A program made the translations under genes and the position numbers. 64,000 nucleotides of DNA from Octopus sinensis (taxonomy: Eukaryota), in NCBI RefSeq assembly GCF_006345805.1, contig NC_042999.1, positions 117,552,001-117,616,000 on the forward strand. The letters are read 5' to 3'. The notes below the pieces were generated by a model. It saw only the letters and a list, made by a program, of their open reading frames with translations, ran no database searches and was not told where the DNA came from. Shown one piece after another: positions 1 through 12,984 of the stretch (positions within the stretch are counted from its first letter, which is position 1; each line of letters opens with the position of its first letter).

Positions 1-1233
1 CTTTGATTTTATTGACTGGTTTAGTGATAAGTCGAATCTGCCAACTTATTTACATCATCCACAGATAAAGTTGGCACAAATATAATTGACAACAGAACTA
101 AAGTTTCTCATTTCTAACTAACCTCTACTTCTGACGAAGGCTGTAAGTAAATATTAAAACCAGAAATAAAACACTATGTTCGTATATAAATGTAGTAGTT
201 ATTAGTGAAATTAATGACTTTTAGTAATGACATAGAACACAGCAAGTTTGATATCAATATATTGCGTCTTCTTTAAGAAATTATTCTCAACTTTCATGTT
301 CGACTTTGGCGCTGCCCTTTGAAAGGTAACATCCACTCCCATCATGATGCAAGATGTTTTATATCCTACTGAGAGAAGAACTCAGTTTTTTTTTCTGTTG
401 TTTTCTCTAATACTATGTATCTTGATTATTCTATTTTATGACATAGATCACTCCGCCATAACTGCTGGTTTTAGGTATTTGGATGTTACTTCTATAAAAA
501 GAAAACCAAACGGTGATAACATCTTTAAAGTTTTATTTCCTGAAATATTCTTCTTTAAAAAGAAAGGGAAATGCAAAGTTGTTTCAGACTTATATTGGTA
601 ACACTGAACTATTTAATGGTGTACATTTATAGCAATATTTTTCTGGAAAGTACAAAAATAGCCATACATTCTGTATATTATTTTGGCTAACTCTCATAGA
701 CTATAAAAATGTTCTCTTGGTGATAGGTGTCAGTGAAGGGCTTGTTTACTGTGGAACAGACTATTAACCACCAGCTATAACACGCAATCTTTAATTAAAA
801 CTAGTGCTCGAATACATTCAATCTTAAGGGGATTCAAAAATATTGGGAAAACCACGTTTAATACTGAAGTGGTTTCTCCATACATTTTGGTGGATTTGAA
901 GCCAAAAATGGAAGCTAACAAAATGTCAGTTTTGTAGGTTCGATGCTACGCAAGACAATAAGGTGTTTAACCACAAATCTATACGTGGACGGGAACCAAT
1001 CTTTTGAGTTTTCGGTCAATCATCTGATACCTTTTTTATTCCATTGTTTATTTGCTATTGGTTAACTCAAATTCAGCCTTAACAAGCAGCCGATCTAGAA
1101 TTATAGAAGTTTTAGCTGTGACCACCGTGGCTTTCTTTCGGTTATATTGTATATACATTATCCTGTGTATCCTTAAACTTTTAAAATAGTAAGATTTGGC
1201 ACAAAATCTTTCTTGGCGATCTTTAGTGATGAC

Positions 1234-1236
<3 letters not shown>

Positions 1237-1306
<70 letters not shown>

Positions 1307-1330
1307 ATAGTAGTAGTAGTAGTAGTAGTT
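1237..1330. repeat. (AGT)n microsatellite
   Basis: Direct. Confidence 0.97.
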
Positions 1331-2380
1331 CTTGTATTTTAGATTCAAATTAGGTCTTATAAGCAATCATATCTATGACGTTTTTGTATACTATTGTTCA
1401 GTTAAAACTGCAAAACACGATTGACGAAAGATTTGACTTATAACACTAGTAGGAAGAGTGACCACACAGAGAGCTCTTAATATTTCAAGATAGACGGTCG
1501 TAATTAGGGTAGCAAAGCAAATACGTTTCAATGGTAAATGCAATAGTTATAGGTAATGCAAAAACTAGAGCAAAAACTTGTTGCTGCTGTTTTCTAACCT
1601 GAGGACAGCTTCAATGGACCAGCTCTCTTATTCAAGACATTCCAACCGTGATCATCTCAATTTTAGAACTACATTATCTTTTGCATTCCCTCCTTACCTT
1701 TCCCAATACACCAGTATTGTTTTAGTGAGATTTAGCTGCAATTTCTAGCAGATCTTATTGATTGATAGAATGTTGAGATAGAGCGAATTCCCCACTACAC
1801 ACACACAAAAAATCAAAATTATCATCTTTAGCGTGCTCTAAATAGGTGTTTGCATAATTAGAGATACACTAAAGGAAATGAGTTTCACAAAATAATATCC
1901 CTCCTACTCATGTATCTATTGTAATATTTGGATTGTTTCCAACTGAGAGAATGATGTTAATTAGAAACAGATAAGTAAGAAATCTCCGTTGATTGAGTGC
2001 ATAAAAAAAACAGTTCTAAAGGGAGCTAATGAAATCATGATGGTGGTGTTATTGATATAGTTGTTTTGTTTAACTCCACGTCAGCCTTGACCGAGTAAAT
2101 CGACATTAAGACGTGTAACAGTTGTGAGCATATTGTTATTTTTTCTCGAAATACAGTATACGTAGAAGCACATTAATTAATGTGTCCTTCTTTTTTAAGA
2201 AGCTAGAATGTCATTTGAAAAATGACTATTATTTCTAGGAGTTCGAGCGACCGTTTGAAGCTCCTGTGTTTGCTTGTCGTTGGTGTGAACGTGATGTTGA
2301 TTATTAAATTCAGCACAACGACATCTATTGACATGGAAGTGGTTTAATATTTGGATCTGAGCAAAACCTGCGAATTTTAT

Positions 2381-2850
2381 TCAGTTTACTGACACTATAG
2401 CAAGCTCTCCGTTGAGTATGTCCTTGGGGATTCTGTCATCTTCCATACGGCTAACATGTCCAAGCAATCTCATACGTCTTTGTGTGAGGAGTGCAAACAT
2501 GCTTGGTATTCCTGCTTGCTTGAGGACATCTTTGTTAGGCACATGATTCTGCCATCTGATGCGAAGGATTTTCCGGAGGCAGCGCAGGTGAAAGATATTT
2601 AGGCGACGTATGGCGTCGTATGGCGTGTGTATGGCGTCCAAGTCTCACTTCCATGCAGTAGAGTGCTAAGTACACATGCCTGGTAAATCTTCATTTTTGT
2701 GGTCTTGGTCAACTTATTGTTGTCTCATGCCCGTTTGGAGAGTTGAGCCATCACAGCAGCTGCCTTGCCAATGCGTATATTGAGCTCAGCATCAAGGGAT
2801 AGGTTGTAGGTGACGGTAGAGCCAAGATAGGTAAACTAGGATCTCTACTC
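2381..2850 (-). mobile_element. RTE-clade LINE relic, end of RT and C-terminal region
   Basis: FTYLGSTVT..LDAELNIRIGKAAA..KIYQACVLSTLLHGSET, then RLNIFHLRCLRKILRIRWQNHVPN..GHVSRMEDDRIPK. Confidence 0.9.
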
Positions 2851-2869
2851 ACGGGGGACCACGGTAGCT

Positions 2870-3155
2870 GAGGCTGCAATCGAGGGTGTCAAGATCTTGC
2901 CAGTCATGTGTGAACTTGATAGTCTGCCATCTATAGCAGAGCTCACCAAGTCTATTGACTACCTAGCAAGTAACAAGGCTCCGGGAAAAGACGGCATCCC
3001 CTTAGAGATCATCAAAACCGGCAAAAACACCATCCTGCTTCGGCACATTCATGAGCTTCTGTGTCAGTGCTGGGAAGAGGGTACAGTCCCTCAGGATATG
3101 CGGGATGCTAACATCATTACGCTTTACAAAAACAAAGGTGACCGTGGTGATTGAA
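2870..3155 (+). mobile_element. RTE-clade LINE relic, pre-RT linker, inverted relative to 2381-2850
   Basis: LDSLPSIAELTKSI..NKAPGKDGIPLEI..CWEEGTVPQDMRDANIITLYKNKGDRGD. Confidence 0.9.
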
Positions 3156-3223
3156 ACATAGCGTCGGCTGTGGGCTGGTAGCTGTGGACAGTCGACCCAA
3201 TGTCGCCCAGATCTGTGGATGCT

Positions 3224-3425
3224 TTTGTTTCACTTTTAACACATAATGCTGAAGTAGTGGAGAAGATGTGATATTGCTGTGGGCTCACCCTAGGCAAGAA
3301 GTTAAACACTTTTTTTGGCCCATGACACTACATGGACCCTAAATATGGCATGTGTAAAATTTGAATTTTAGGGATTCACACAGACAGGTAGACAGACACA
3401 CATTCTCAGTTTTATATATATATAT
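3224..3425 (-). mobile_element. Non-autonomous Helitron 5' fragment
   Basis: Similar to 13970-14195 and 47550-47778 (ttttgtttcacttttaacac..ggcatgtgtaaaatttgaat..cattctcagttttatata). Confidence 0.7.
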
Positions 3426-3905
3426 AAATAATGTCATTTGTAAATATAAAGGAAAAAGAGAAATAAAGCCAGTTTAATTAATCATAAATATTCCAGATTT
3501 TATTTTGGAATTCTCAAACGTACATTATATAGATGTGTGTGTATGTGCGTGTGCGTGTGTGTGTATGTGTGTATGTATGTATAATGTACGTTTATGTATT
3601 TGTTTTTGAAGATTCCAGATGTGAAATCGTGTGTTGAATCTATATGTTCGTTCTTCACGTCAGATTTATGTTTGTCCTTATTTTATGTCCTTTCTCTGGA
3701 AATCTTTTGTCACACATCCTGTAACCTCTTCAGCGAGCCTCTCCATCTTGTGTCTTTCAACATTCTCCAGAAATACGTTTTCGAGAATGCAGATTACATA
3801 ATGTTGATGTTTCAAACATACACTTCTTAAAGAATAGGGAAAAATTGTAAGGTTACTGATAGAAAGATAGGATTGTCTGTGATGGGGAGTGAGGATATAC
3901 ATACA

Positions 3906-3984
<79 letters not shown>

Positions 3985-4061
3985 TAAGGGTAGAAATTGA
4001 TATTTATCAATTAAGACCAGTGGTCTAGCATATTAAAAAAGAATCCGAAGATTAAAATATT

Positions 4062-4242
4062 TATATATACCAATTAAGGACTGAACACGAAAAGTGGACA
4101 GTCAACATGCTAGATATAGACGTCAAATCGCCATTCACCACAAAAGATTATGTTCTGAGAACATAATCTTTTGTGGTGAATGGCGATTTGACGTCTATAT
4201 CTAGCATGTTGACTGTCCACTTTTCGTGTTCAGTCCTTAATT

Positions 4243-4252
<10 letters not shown>
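4062..4252. repeat. Perfect 191-bp palindrome (95-bp arms, 1-nt centre at 4157)
   Basis: ..gattatgttct G agaacataatc..; arms checked as complementary from 4062/4252 inward; sits between (TA)n tracts at 3911-3976 and 4245-4315. Confidence 0.95.
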
Positions 4253-4298
<46 letters not shown>

Positions 4299-4317
4299 TA
4301 TATTATTTATATATAGG

Positions 4318-4368
4318 AGCTTCTACAGGACTAGAACTGTTTCATTCAAGAGAAATCTTCAGGAAGCT
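4318..4368 (-). ncRNA. Type I hammerhead ribozyme at the PLE 3' end (left arm)
   Basis: Reverse complement of the 12934-12984 motif, same 51 nt. Confidence 0.85.
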
Positions 4369-5407
4369 AGTTAACAAGAATTGTATTGGCATTTATACAT
4401 TTAGGCAGGTTTAAAGGGGTGTTGGTGGGGGACTTTTTCGGGGTAGGCATAGCGCAAAATATCATACTTGGGGGAGTGGTCAAGGAGTCAGTGTTAAATT
4501 AGATAGAAGAATAAATAAAAAAATAAAAAATAAAAAAATCTATATATATAAAAAGGGGAATAGAGTTTTAGGTAAATAAGGAGATTCTCACTTATACCTA
4601 TGCACACATGTATACATACATACACACACATACAAACATATATACATATACATACACACATACATACACACACATATATATACATATATATACACTTACA
4701 CATACACATACATATACATATCTACACATACACATATATGTATACATACACACACTCACATGCATACACGTATACACACATGTATATATACACACACGAC
4801 CACACATACATATACGCACAGAAAAATATATATACACATACACACACATACTCACATACACGCATACACACACATATCCTCACACACACATGCACACACA
4901 GCACACTAGTCCCTATATACACATATATACACATACACACACATATACACACACATACATACATATACATACATGTATATATATATATATATATACATAT
5001 GTGTACCTATGCATACCTACACATACACACATATATATACACATACAAATACAGACCCATTCCCTAATTTTAATTTTATTATCTTCGTTTATTACTTTTG
5101 TTATCTTTGGCCGCTTGGTCACAAACATCTTGGCTATGACAGCCAGTCCATTTATCTGTCTACTGGAAAACAAGCACTCATTCACTCACGCACACTCTTT
5201 AGCACGTACACTCACTCATTCGTACACTCATACACATACACGCACGCACGCGTTATATTCATACATACATACATCTACATACATTCACGTATATACACAT
5301 ACGTACGCGTACCTACAGATTCATGTCTACACTCTTAGAAGGCTAGTCTATATATATACACCAATAAATATAAATACACACACATACATATACACCTACA
5401 TACAAAT

Positions 5408-5450
<43 letters not shown>

Positions 5451-5845
5451 CATATATAAATACACACATATATATATATATATATACACACATACGCATA
5501 CACACACATATACATATATATACACTACACGCACATACACATGTACATGCGTACCCATACACACACACACACACACGCGCGCATCCATATATACACATAA
5601 GTACACACATGCGTAAAAGTATACACATATCTATGCTTACACATACACACACACACGCGCGCCTCCTTATATTCATACTTACATGCATACTCAAAAAATA
5701 AGTAAATAGTAAAATATATATACGCGCAGTTATTCGTACATGCATACTCAAAAAATAAATAATAAAATAAGTATATGTACGTGCAGTTACCTATTATATA
5801 GACGGATACATACATATAAACTTACACACATATAATATATATATA

Positions 5846-5901
<56 letters not shown>

Positions 5902-6382
5902 CATATATACACATACACATACACATACATATATACATACATATATATATACACACACACACATACACATACATATATACATATATATACATACTTACAC
6001 ACATGTACATATAAATACACACATAGATAACTCTACGTACCTACATATACATAAACACACGAGCGGACGCGTATATGTACATATACATATACACATACAC
6101 ACGCATATATATACATACATACATACACATACACACATGTATACACACACATATACACATATATATATACATACACATATACATACATATATATATATAT
6201 ATACATATATATATACACATATACATATACATATACACATACACACACATATATACATGTGTGCAAACATACATACATTCTCATACAAGCACACACACTT
6301 ACATTTACATATATACACACACTTACACACATATATACATACACATATACATACATACATACATACATACGTATATGCATAC

Positions 6383-6413
<31 letters not shown>

Positions 6414-6496
6414 CATACATACATACACATACCCATACATATATATACACACATATACATATACACATGCACATACTTATATCTCTACATACTCGC

Positions 6497-6533
<37 letters not shown>

Positions 6534-6787
6534 ATACCACACATACAAATACCTATATACATGTATATATACACATACATATATATACACATCTACAATT
6601 TGTATCTACACTCACATACCTGCACATACACATAAACTCATACCTACATATACATCGACATACTCGCGTACACTCATATATATACACATATATACATATA
6701 CACACACACATACATATACATATACATATACATACATATATATAAACATACACATACATAATACACATATACACACACATACATATA

Positions 6788-6907
<120 letters not shown>

Positions 6908-7275
6908 CATACATACATACACATATACATACATGTACATATACACATACACACACATATATATACACACACATACATATATCAACAATTGAGGGTAAAG
7001 TTAATTAGTTATTAATCAATTTCCCCAAGTATTCAGTATGTAAAAGGACCATTATTTTTATGAGTAAACAATGTCTGAGGGAAAATATTCTCTAAGTAGT
7101 GGAAGAGGCTAAAAAACTTTTTTGGCTGCTATTTCTAGAAAGTTCAGTATGTGGCAAAGTAATTTATTTTACTAAGCCCTAATTATATAATATTTTATAC
7201 ATACATACATACACACATACATATACACATACATATGCATACACACATATATACATATATACATACATACATCAA

Positions 7276-7306
<31 letters not shown>

Positions 7307-7308
7307 GC

Positions 7309-7342
<34 letters not shown>

Positions 7343-7528
7343 TTACATACATACTCGCACACACACACATAATACATGCGTATATTCCTACTATACCCAT
7401 ACATTTCTATACATATATACGATACACATATGCAAGCGTGCACATACAATATGTGAAAGGTCTTAGGAGAAAAGGTAATCGGGGGTGCTAGGGGAACGGT
7501 GGGATTGGGGGGTTGTGGGGGGGGGGTG

Positions 7529-8750
7529 TCATCAATCTGGTTGCCGGGTAGGTCTATAGTTCTTGTAGTTCGCATACTTCTTATGCATACAATTGGGGAG
7601 TGTTCTGAGATTTTGTTAAGGAGAGGGCCTTTGGCGAACAAGATCTTAGGCTCTCCGATATGCAGAGGTCACAGCAGGTATGGCCTCCTGTGTACGAGCG
7701 CGCCTTCTGTAGTAGTTTCCACTTGGTCTTGAAGGGGATGGAGTTCCTTTTAAGGTACCAGATGTGGGCGGCGAGGGTAGTTTGGTTGGATTTATCCTGT
7801 CGCCGGAACGAGTGTGTGTGTGCGTACCAACGGGTCTTAAAGCTGTTTGACGTCATTCCGATGTAGGATTTTCTTTTATCGTCAGGGCCTGATCTTACCT
7901 CGCATGTATATACTAGGTCCCTCTGTAGGCAGTTGTTGTTGGGTGGGCAGGTGGTTTTATCAGGGCAGTTGCAATTGCTATCGGACGTTGGATAGGCCTC
8001 GGAAAAAGTAGATATGTTAAATTTTTTCACATTGTTGTTGGCTAGGTTCCTGGCTAGATTGGGCGTGGTAGAGTAGGAGAGTCTAATAGTGTTCTTATTT
8101 AGGATAGTGTAGTACTTATGTTGGGTGGGGAAGTGTTTCTGTAGGAGAGTGAAGAAGATTTTTGCAACAGGTGTAGCGACCTCACGGTTGAAGGGGGGGT
8201 TGTACCAGCTAATGTGTCTTCGTCTATTTTTCCTGGGTTGGCGTGGGGCTATACTAGTATAGGTAATCTTATCTTTGAAGCCACTGCGGGCCAGGGCCTC
8301 GTTGTAATAGGGGGCTGCGGCCTTAAAGATATCTTCCGTGGCGGACAGGCTAGAAATTCTAATCGAGACACTTTTTACTAGGTTATCTAATATATTTTTG
8401 GGGTGGTTGGAATTAATATCTATATATTTAGGGGATTCATTCGGTTTGTGGTACGGGTAATAAAGTGAGGTTTTTAAGTCGAGGGTGACATCAAGGAAGT
8501 TAGCTTTAGTTAAGTTGGATTCTAAGGTAATCCTAAGGCCTAAGTTTTTAAAGAAGGTGTAAAGATTTTTCCGGAACCCATCCGTGGTCCTGGGGTTTAT
8601 TTTGTGAAGGGCGAAAAGGCCGTCATCGCGGTAAAGACCACCGGAGAGGCCTGTGAATAGGGTTTTCAGCCTATGGAGGATGAAAAGGCCCACTAGGTCA
8701 CTTATTTCAGCAGAGTCGTTAGCACCCATGCTGACGTCGAAGGGGGTCAC
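7529..8750 (-). CDS. PLE ORF (C-terminal RT, thumb and GIY-YIG endonuclease), left copy; 5'-truncated, open except for indels near the C-terminus
   Basis: PFDVSMGANDSAEISDLVG, GLYRDDGL, NFLDVTLDL, PYHKPN..YI..NSNHP, WYNPPFN, CNCPDKTTC (CxC-x5-C), LVYTCEV..KSYIGMT (GIY-YIG), CDLCISE. Corresponds to ORF 7581..8885 from residue 46 onward. Confidence 0.9.
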
Positions 8751-10123
8751 TACTACGTCTCCATATCGGAGAGCTTGCTGATCGACGCGATTAACCTCGC
8801 CAGGAGGTCTTCCACCATCACCGAGGCCGAGCAAGATGTGATCCTCCACGCACGTAAGACTTTTCTTTTCTATGACGGATCCCACTGGATCAACAAAAAA
8901 TCTGTGACCCCTTCGACGTCAGCATGGGTGCTAACGACTCTGCTGAAATAAGTGACCTAGTGGGCCTTTTCATCCTCCATAGGCTGAAAAACCCTATTCA
9001 CAGGCCACTCCGGTGGTCTTTACCGCGATGACGGCCTTTTCGCCCTCCACAAAATAAACCCCAGGACCACGGATGGGTTCCGGAAAAATCTTTACACCTT
9101 CTTTAAAAACTTAGGCCTTAGGATTACCTTAGAATCCAACTTAACTAAAGCTAACTTCCTTGATGTCACCCTCGACTTAAAAACCTCACTTTATTACCCG
9201 TACCACAAACCGAATGAATCCCTTAAATATATAGATATTAATTCCAACCACCCCAAAAATATATTAGATAACCTAGTAAAAAGTGTCTCAATTAGAATTT
9301 CTAGCCTGTCCGCCACGGAAGATATCTTTAAGGCCGCAGCCCCCTATTACAACGAGGCCCTGGCCCGCAGTGGCTTCAAAGATAAGATTACCGATACTAG
9401 TATAGCCCCACGCCAACCCAGGAAAAATAGACGAAGACACATTAGCTGGTACAACCCCCCCTTCAACCGTGAGGTCGCTACACCTGTAGCAAAAATCTTC
9501 TTCACTCTCCTACAGAAACACTTCCCCACCCAACATAAGTACTACACTATCCTAAATAAGAACACTATTAGACTCTCCTACTCTACCACGCCCAATCTAG
9601 CCAGGAACCTAGCCAAAAACAATGTGAAAAAAACTTAACATATCTACTTTTTCGAGGCCCATCCAACGTCCGATAGCAATTGCAACTGCCCTGATAAAAC
9701 CACCTGCCCCCTCAACAACAACTGCCTACAGAGGGACCTAGTATATACATGCGAGGTAAGATCAGGCCCTGACGATAAAGAAAATCCTACATCGGAATGA
9801 CGTCAAACAGCTTTAAGACCCGTTGGTACGCACACCACAACACTCGTTCCGGCGACAGGATAAATCCAACCAAACTACCCTCGCCGCCCACATCTGGTAC
9901 CTTAAAAGGAACTCCATCCCCTTCAAGACCAAGTGGAACTACTACAGAAGGCGCGCTCGTACACGGAGGCCATACCTGCTGTGACCTCTGCATATCGGAG
10001 AGCCTAGAGATCTTGTTCGCCAAAGGCCCTCTCCTTAACAAAAATCTCAGAACACTCCCCAAATTGTATGCATAAGAAGTATGCGAACTACAAGAACTAG
10101 ACTACCCGGCAACCAGATTGATG
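8751..10123 (+). pseudogene. PLE ORF, right copy, extending 153 nt further 5' than the left copy; several 1-nt indels
   Basis: 8751-8903 reads YYVSISESLLIDAINLARRSSTITEAEQDVILHARKTFLFYDGSHWINKKS and then joins the duplicated VTPFDVSMG block. ORF 9797..10075 gives CDLCISESLEILFAKGPLLNK; stop TGATGA at ~10118-10123. Confidence 0.9.
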
Positions 10124-10733
10124 ACCCCCACCCACAACCCCCCCCAATCCCACCGTTCCCCTAGCACCCCGATTACCTTTTCTCCTAAGACCTTTCACAT
10201 ATTGTATGTGCACGCTTGTATATGTGTATCGTATATATGTATAGAAATGTATGGGTATAGTAGGAATATACGCATGTATTATGTGTGTGTGCGTGTATGT
10301 ATGTAAAAAAAAATATATATATATATATGTATGTGCGTGTGTGTGTGTGTGTGTATATATGTATAGATGTATGTATGTATATATGTATATATGTGTGTAT
10401 GCATATGTATGTGTATATGTATGTGTGTATGTATGTGTATGTATGTATAAAATATTATATAATTAGGGCTTAGTAAAATAAATTACTTTGCCACATACTG
10501 AACGTTCTAGAAATAGCAGCCAAAAAAGTTTTTTAGCCTCTTCCACTACTTAGAGAATATTTTCCCTCAGACATTGTTTACTCATAAAAATAATGGTCCT
10601 TTTACATACTGAATACTTGGTGAAATTGATTAATAACTAATTAACTTTACCCTCAATTGTTGATATATGTATGTGTGTGTATATATATGTGTGTGTATGT
10701 GTATATGTACATGTATGTATATGTGTATGTATG

Positions 10734-10782
<49 letters not shown>

Positions 10783-10783
10783 G

Positions 10784-10821
<38 letters not shown>

Positions 10822-12933
10822 GCATATATGTATGTGTGTGTATATGTGTATTATGTATGTGTATGTTTATATATATGTATGTATATGTATATGTATATGT
10901 ATGTGTGTGTGTATATGTATATATGTGTATATATATGAGTGTACGCGAGTATGTCGATGTATATGTAGGTATGTAGAGTTATGTGTATGTGCAGGTATGT
11001 GAGTGTAGATACAAATTGTAGATGTGTATATATATGTAAGTGTGTGTGCTTGTATGAGAATGTATGTATGTTTGCACACATGTATATATGTGTGTGTATG
11101 TGTATATGTATATGTATATGTGTATATATATATGTATATATATATATATGTATGTATATGTGTATGTATATATATATGTGTATATGTGTGTGTGTGTATA
11201 CATGTGTGTATGTGTATGTATGTATGTATATATATGCGTGTGTATGTGTATGTGTATATGTACATATACGCGTACGCTCGTGTGTTTATGTATATGTAGG
11301 TACGTAGAGTTATCTATGTGTGTATTTATATGTACATGTGTGTAAGTATGTATATATATGTATATATGTATGTGTATGTGTGTGTGTGTGATATATATAT
11401 ATGTTGTATATATGTATGTGTAGGTATGTGTATATATGTATGTATGTATATATATATATATATATAATAATATATATATATATATTGTGGTGTGTAAGTT
11501 TATATGTATGTATCCGTCTATATAATAGGTAACTGCACGTACATATACTTAATATTTTTATTATTATTTTGAGTATGCATGTACGAATAACTGCGGGTAT
11601 ATATATTTTACTATTTACTTATTTTTGAGTATGCATGTAGTATGAATATAAGGAGGCGCGCGTGTGTGTGTGTGTATGTGTAAGCATAGATATATGTATA
11701 CTTTTACGCATGTGTGTACTTATGTGTATATATGGATGCGCGCGTGTGTGTGTGTGTGTATGGTACGCATGTACATGTGTATGTGCGTGTAGTGTATATA
11801 TATGTATATGTGTGTGTATGCGTATGTGTGTATATATATATATATATATAGTGTGTATTATATATGTGAATATATATATATATATATATAATATATATAC
11901 ATGTATGTATTTGTATGTAGGTGTATATGTAGTGTGTGTTGTATTTATATTTATTGGTGTATATATATAGACTAGCCTTCTAAGAGTGGTAGACATGAAT
12001 CTGTAGGTACGCGTACGTATGTGTATATACGTGAATGTATGTAGATGTATGTATGTATGAATATAACGCGTGCGTGCGTGTATGGTGTATGAGTGTACGA
12101 ATGAGTGAGTGTACGTGCTAAAGAGTGTGCGTGAGTGAATGAGTGCTTGTTTTCCAGTAGACAGATAAATGGACTGGCTGTCATAGCAGATGTTTGTGAC
12201 CAAGCGGCCAAAGATAACAAAAGTAATAAAACGAAGATAATAAAATTAAAATTAGGGAAGGGTCTGTATTTGTATGTGTATATATATGTGTGTATGTGTA
12301 GGTATGCATAGGTAACATAGGTATATATATATATACATGTATGTATATGTATGTATGTGTGTGTATATGTGTGTGTATGTGTATATATGTGTATATAGGG
12401 ACTAGTGTGCTGTGTGTGCATGTGTGTGTGTGGATAGTGTGTGTATGCGTGTATGTGAGTATGTGTGTGTATGTGTATATATATTTTTCTGTGCGATATG
12501 TATGTGTGGTCGTGTGTGTATATATACATGTGTGTATACGTGTATGCATGTGAGTGTGTGTATGTATACATATATGTGTATGTGTAGATATGTATATGTA
12601 TGTGTAGTGTAAGTGTATATCTATGTATATATATGTGTGTGTATGTATGTGTGTATGTATATGTATATATGTTTGTATGTGGTGTATGTATGTATACATG
12701 TGTGCATAGGTATAAGTGAGAATCTCCTTATTACCTAAAACTCTATTCCCCTTTTTATATATATAGATTTTTTTATTTTTTATTTTTTTAGTTATTCTTC
12801 TATCTAATTTAACACTGACTCCTGACCACTCCCCAAGTATGATATTTGCGCTATGCCTACCCCCAAAAAGTCCCCCACCAACACCCCTTTAAACCTGCTA
12901 AATGTATAAATGCCAATACAATTCTTGTTAACT

Positions 12934-12984
12934 AGCTTCCTGAAGATTTCTCTTGAATGAAACAGTTCTAGTCCTGTAGAAGCT
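12934..12984 (+). ncRNA. Type I hammerhead ribozyme at the PLE 3' end (right arm)
   Basis: AGCTTC-CTGAAGA-T TTC TCTT GAA T-GAAA-CAG TTCTAGTC CTG-TA-GAAGCT: 6-bp stem I, CUGANGA core, short stem II with U.U at 10.1/11.1, GAAA, A-U plus 3-bp stem III, GUA cleavage triplet (cut after 12978). Confidence 0.85.

Noticed and set aside
125-198. Hammerhead at CTGACGA(131)..GAAA(163)..TA
   Set aside because: Stems II and III barely pair and stem I is offset; at most a decayed relic.
344-601. ORF resembling a type II membrane protein N-terminus with a possible donor at ~473
   Set aside because: The hydrophobic run follows from T-rich DNA; no recognisable domain or phase-compatible next exon.
8751-8885. 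N-terminal 45 aa of ORF 7581..8885 as a genuine PLE N-terminus
   Set aside because: It is the antisense of the + strand RT spacer; the frame is open by chance across the inversion junction.
10118-10123. TGA TGA at the PLE ORF end as selenocysteine codons
   Set aside because: They follow the last conserved motifs and no SECIS-like stem is evident in the C-rich downstream sequence.
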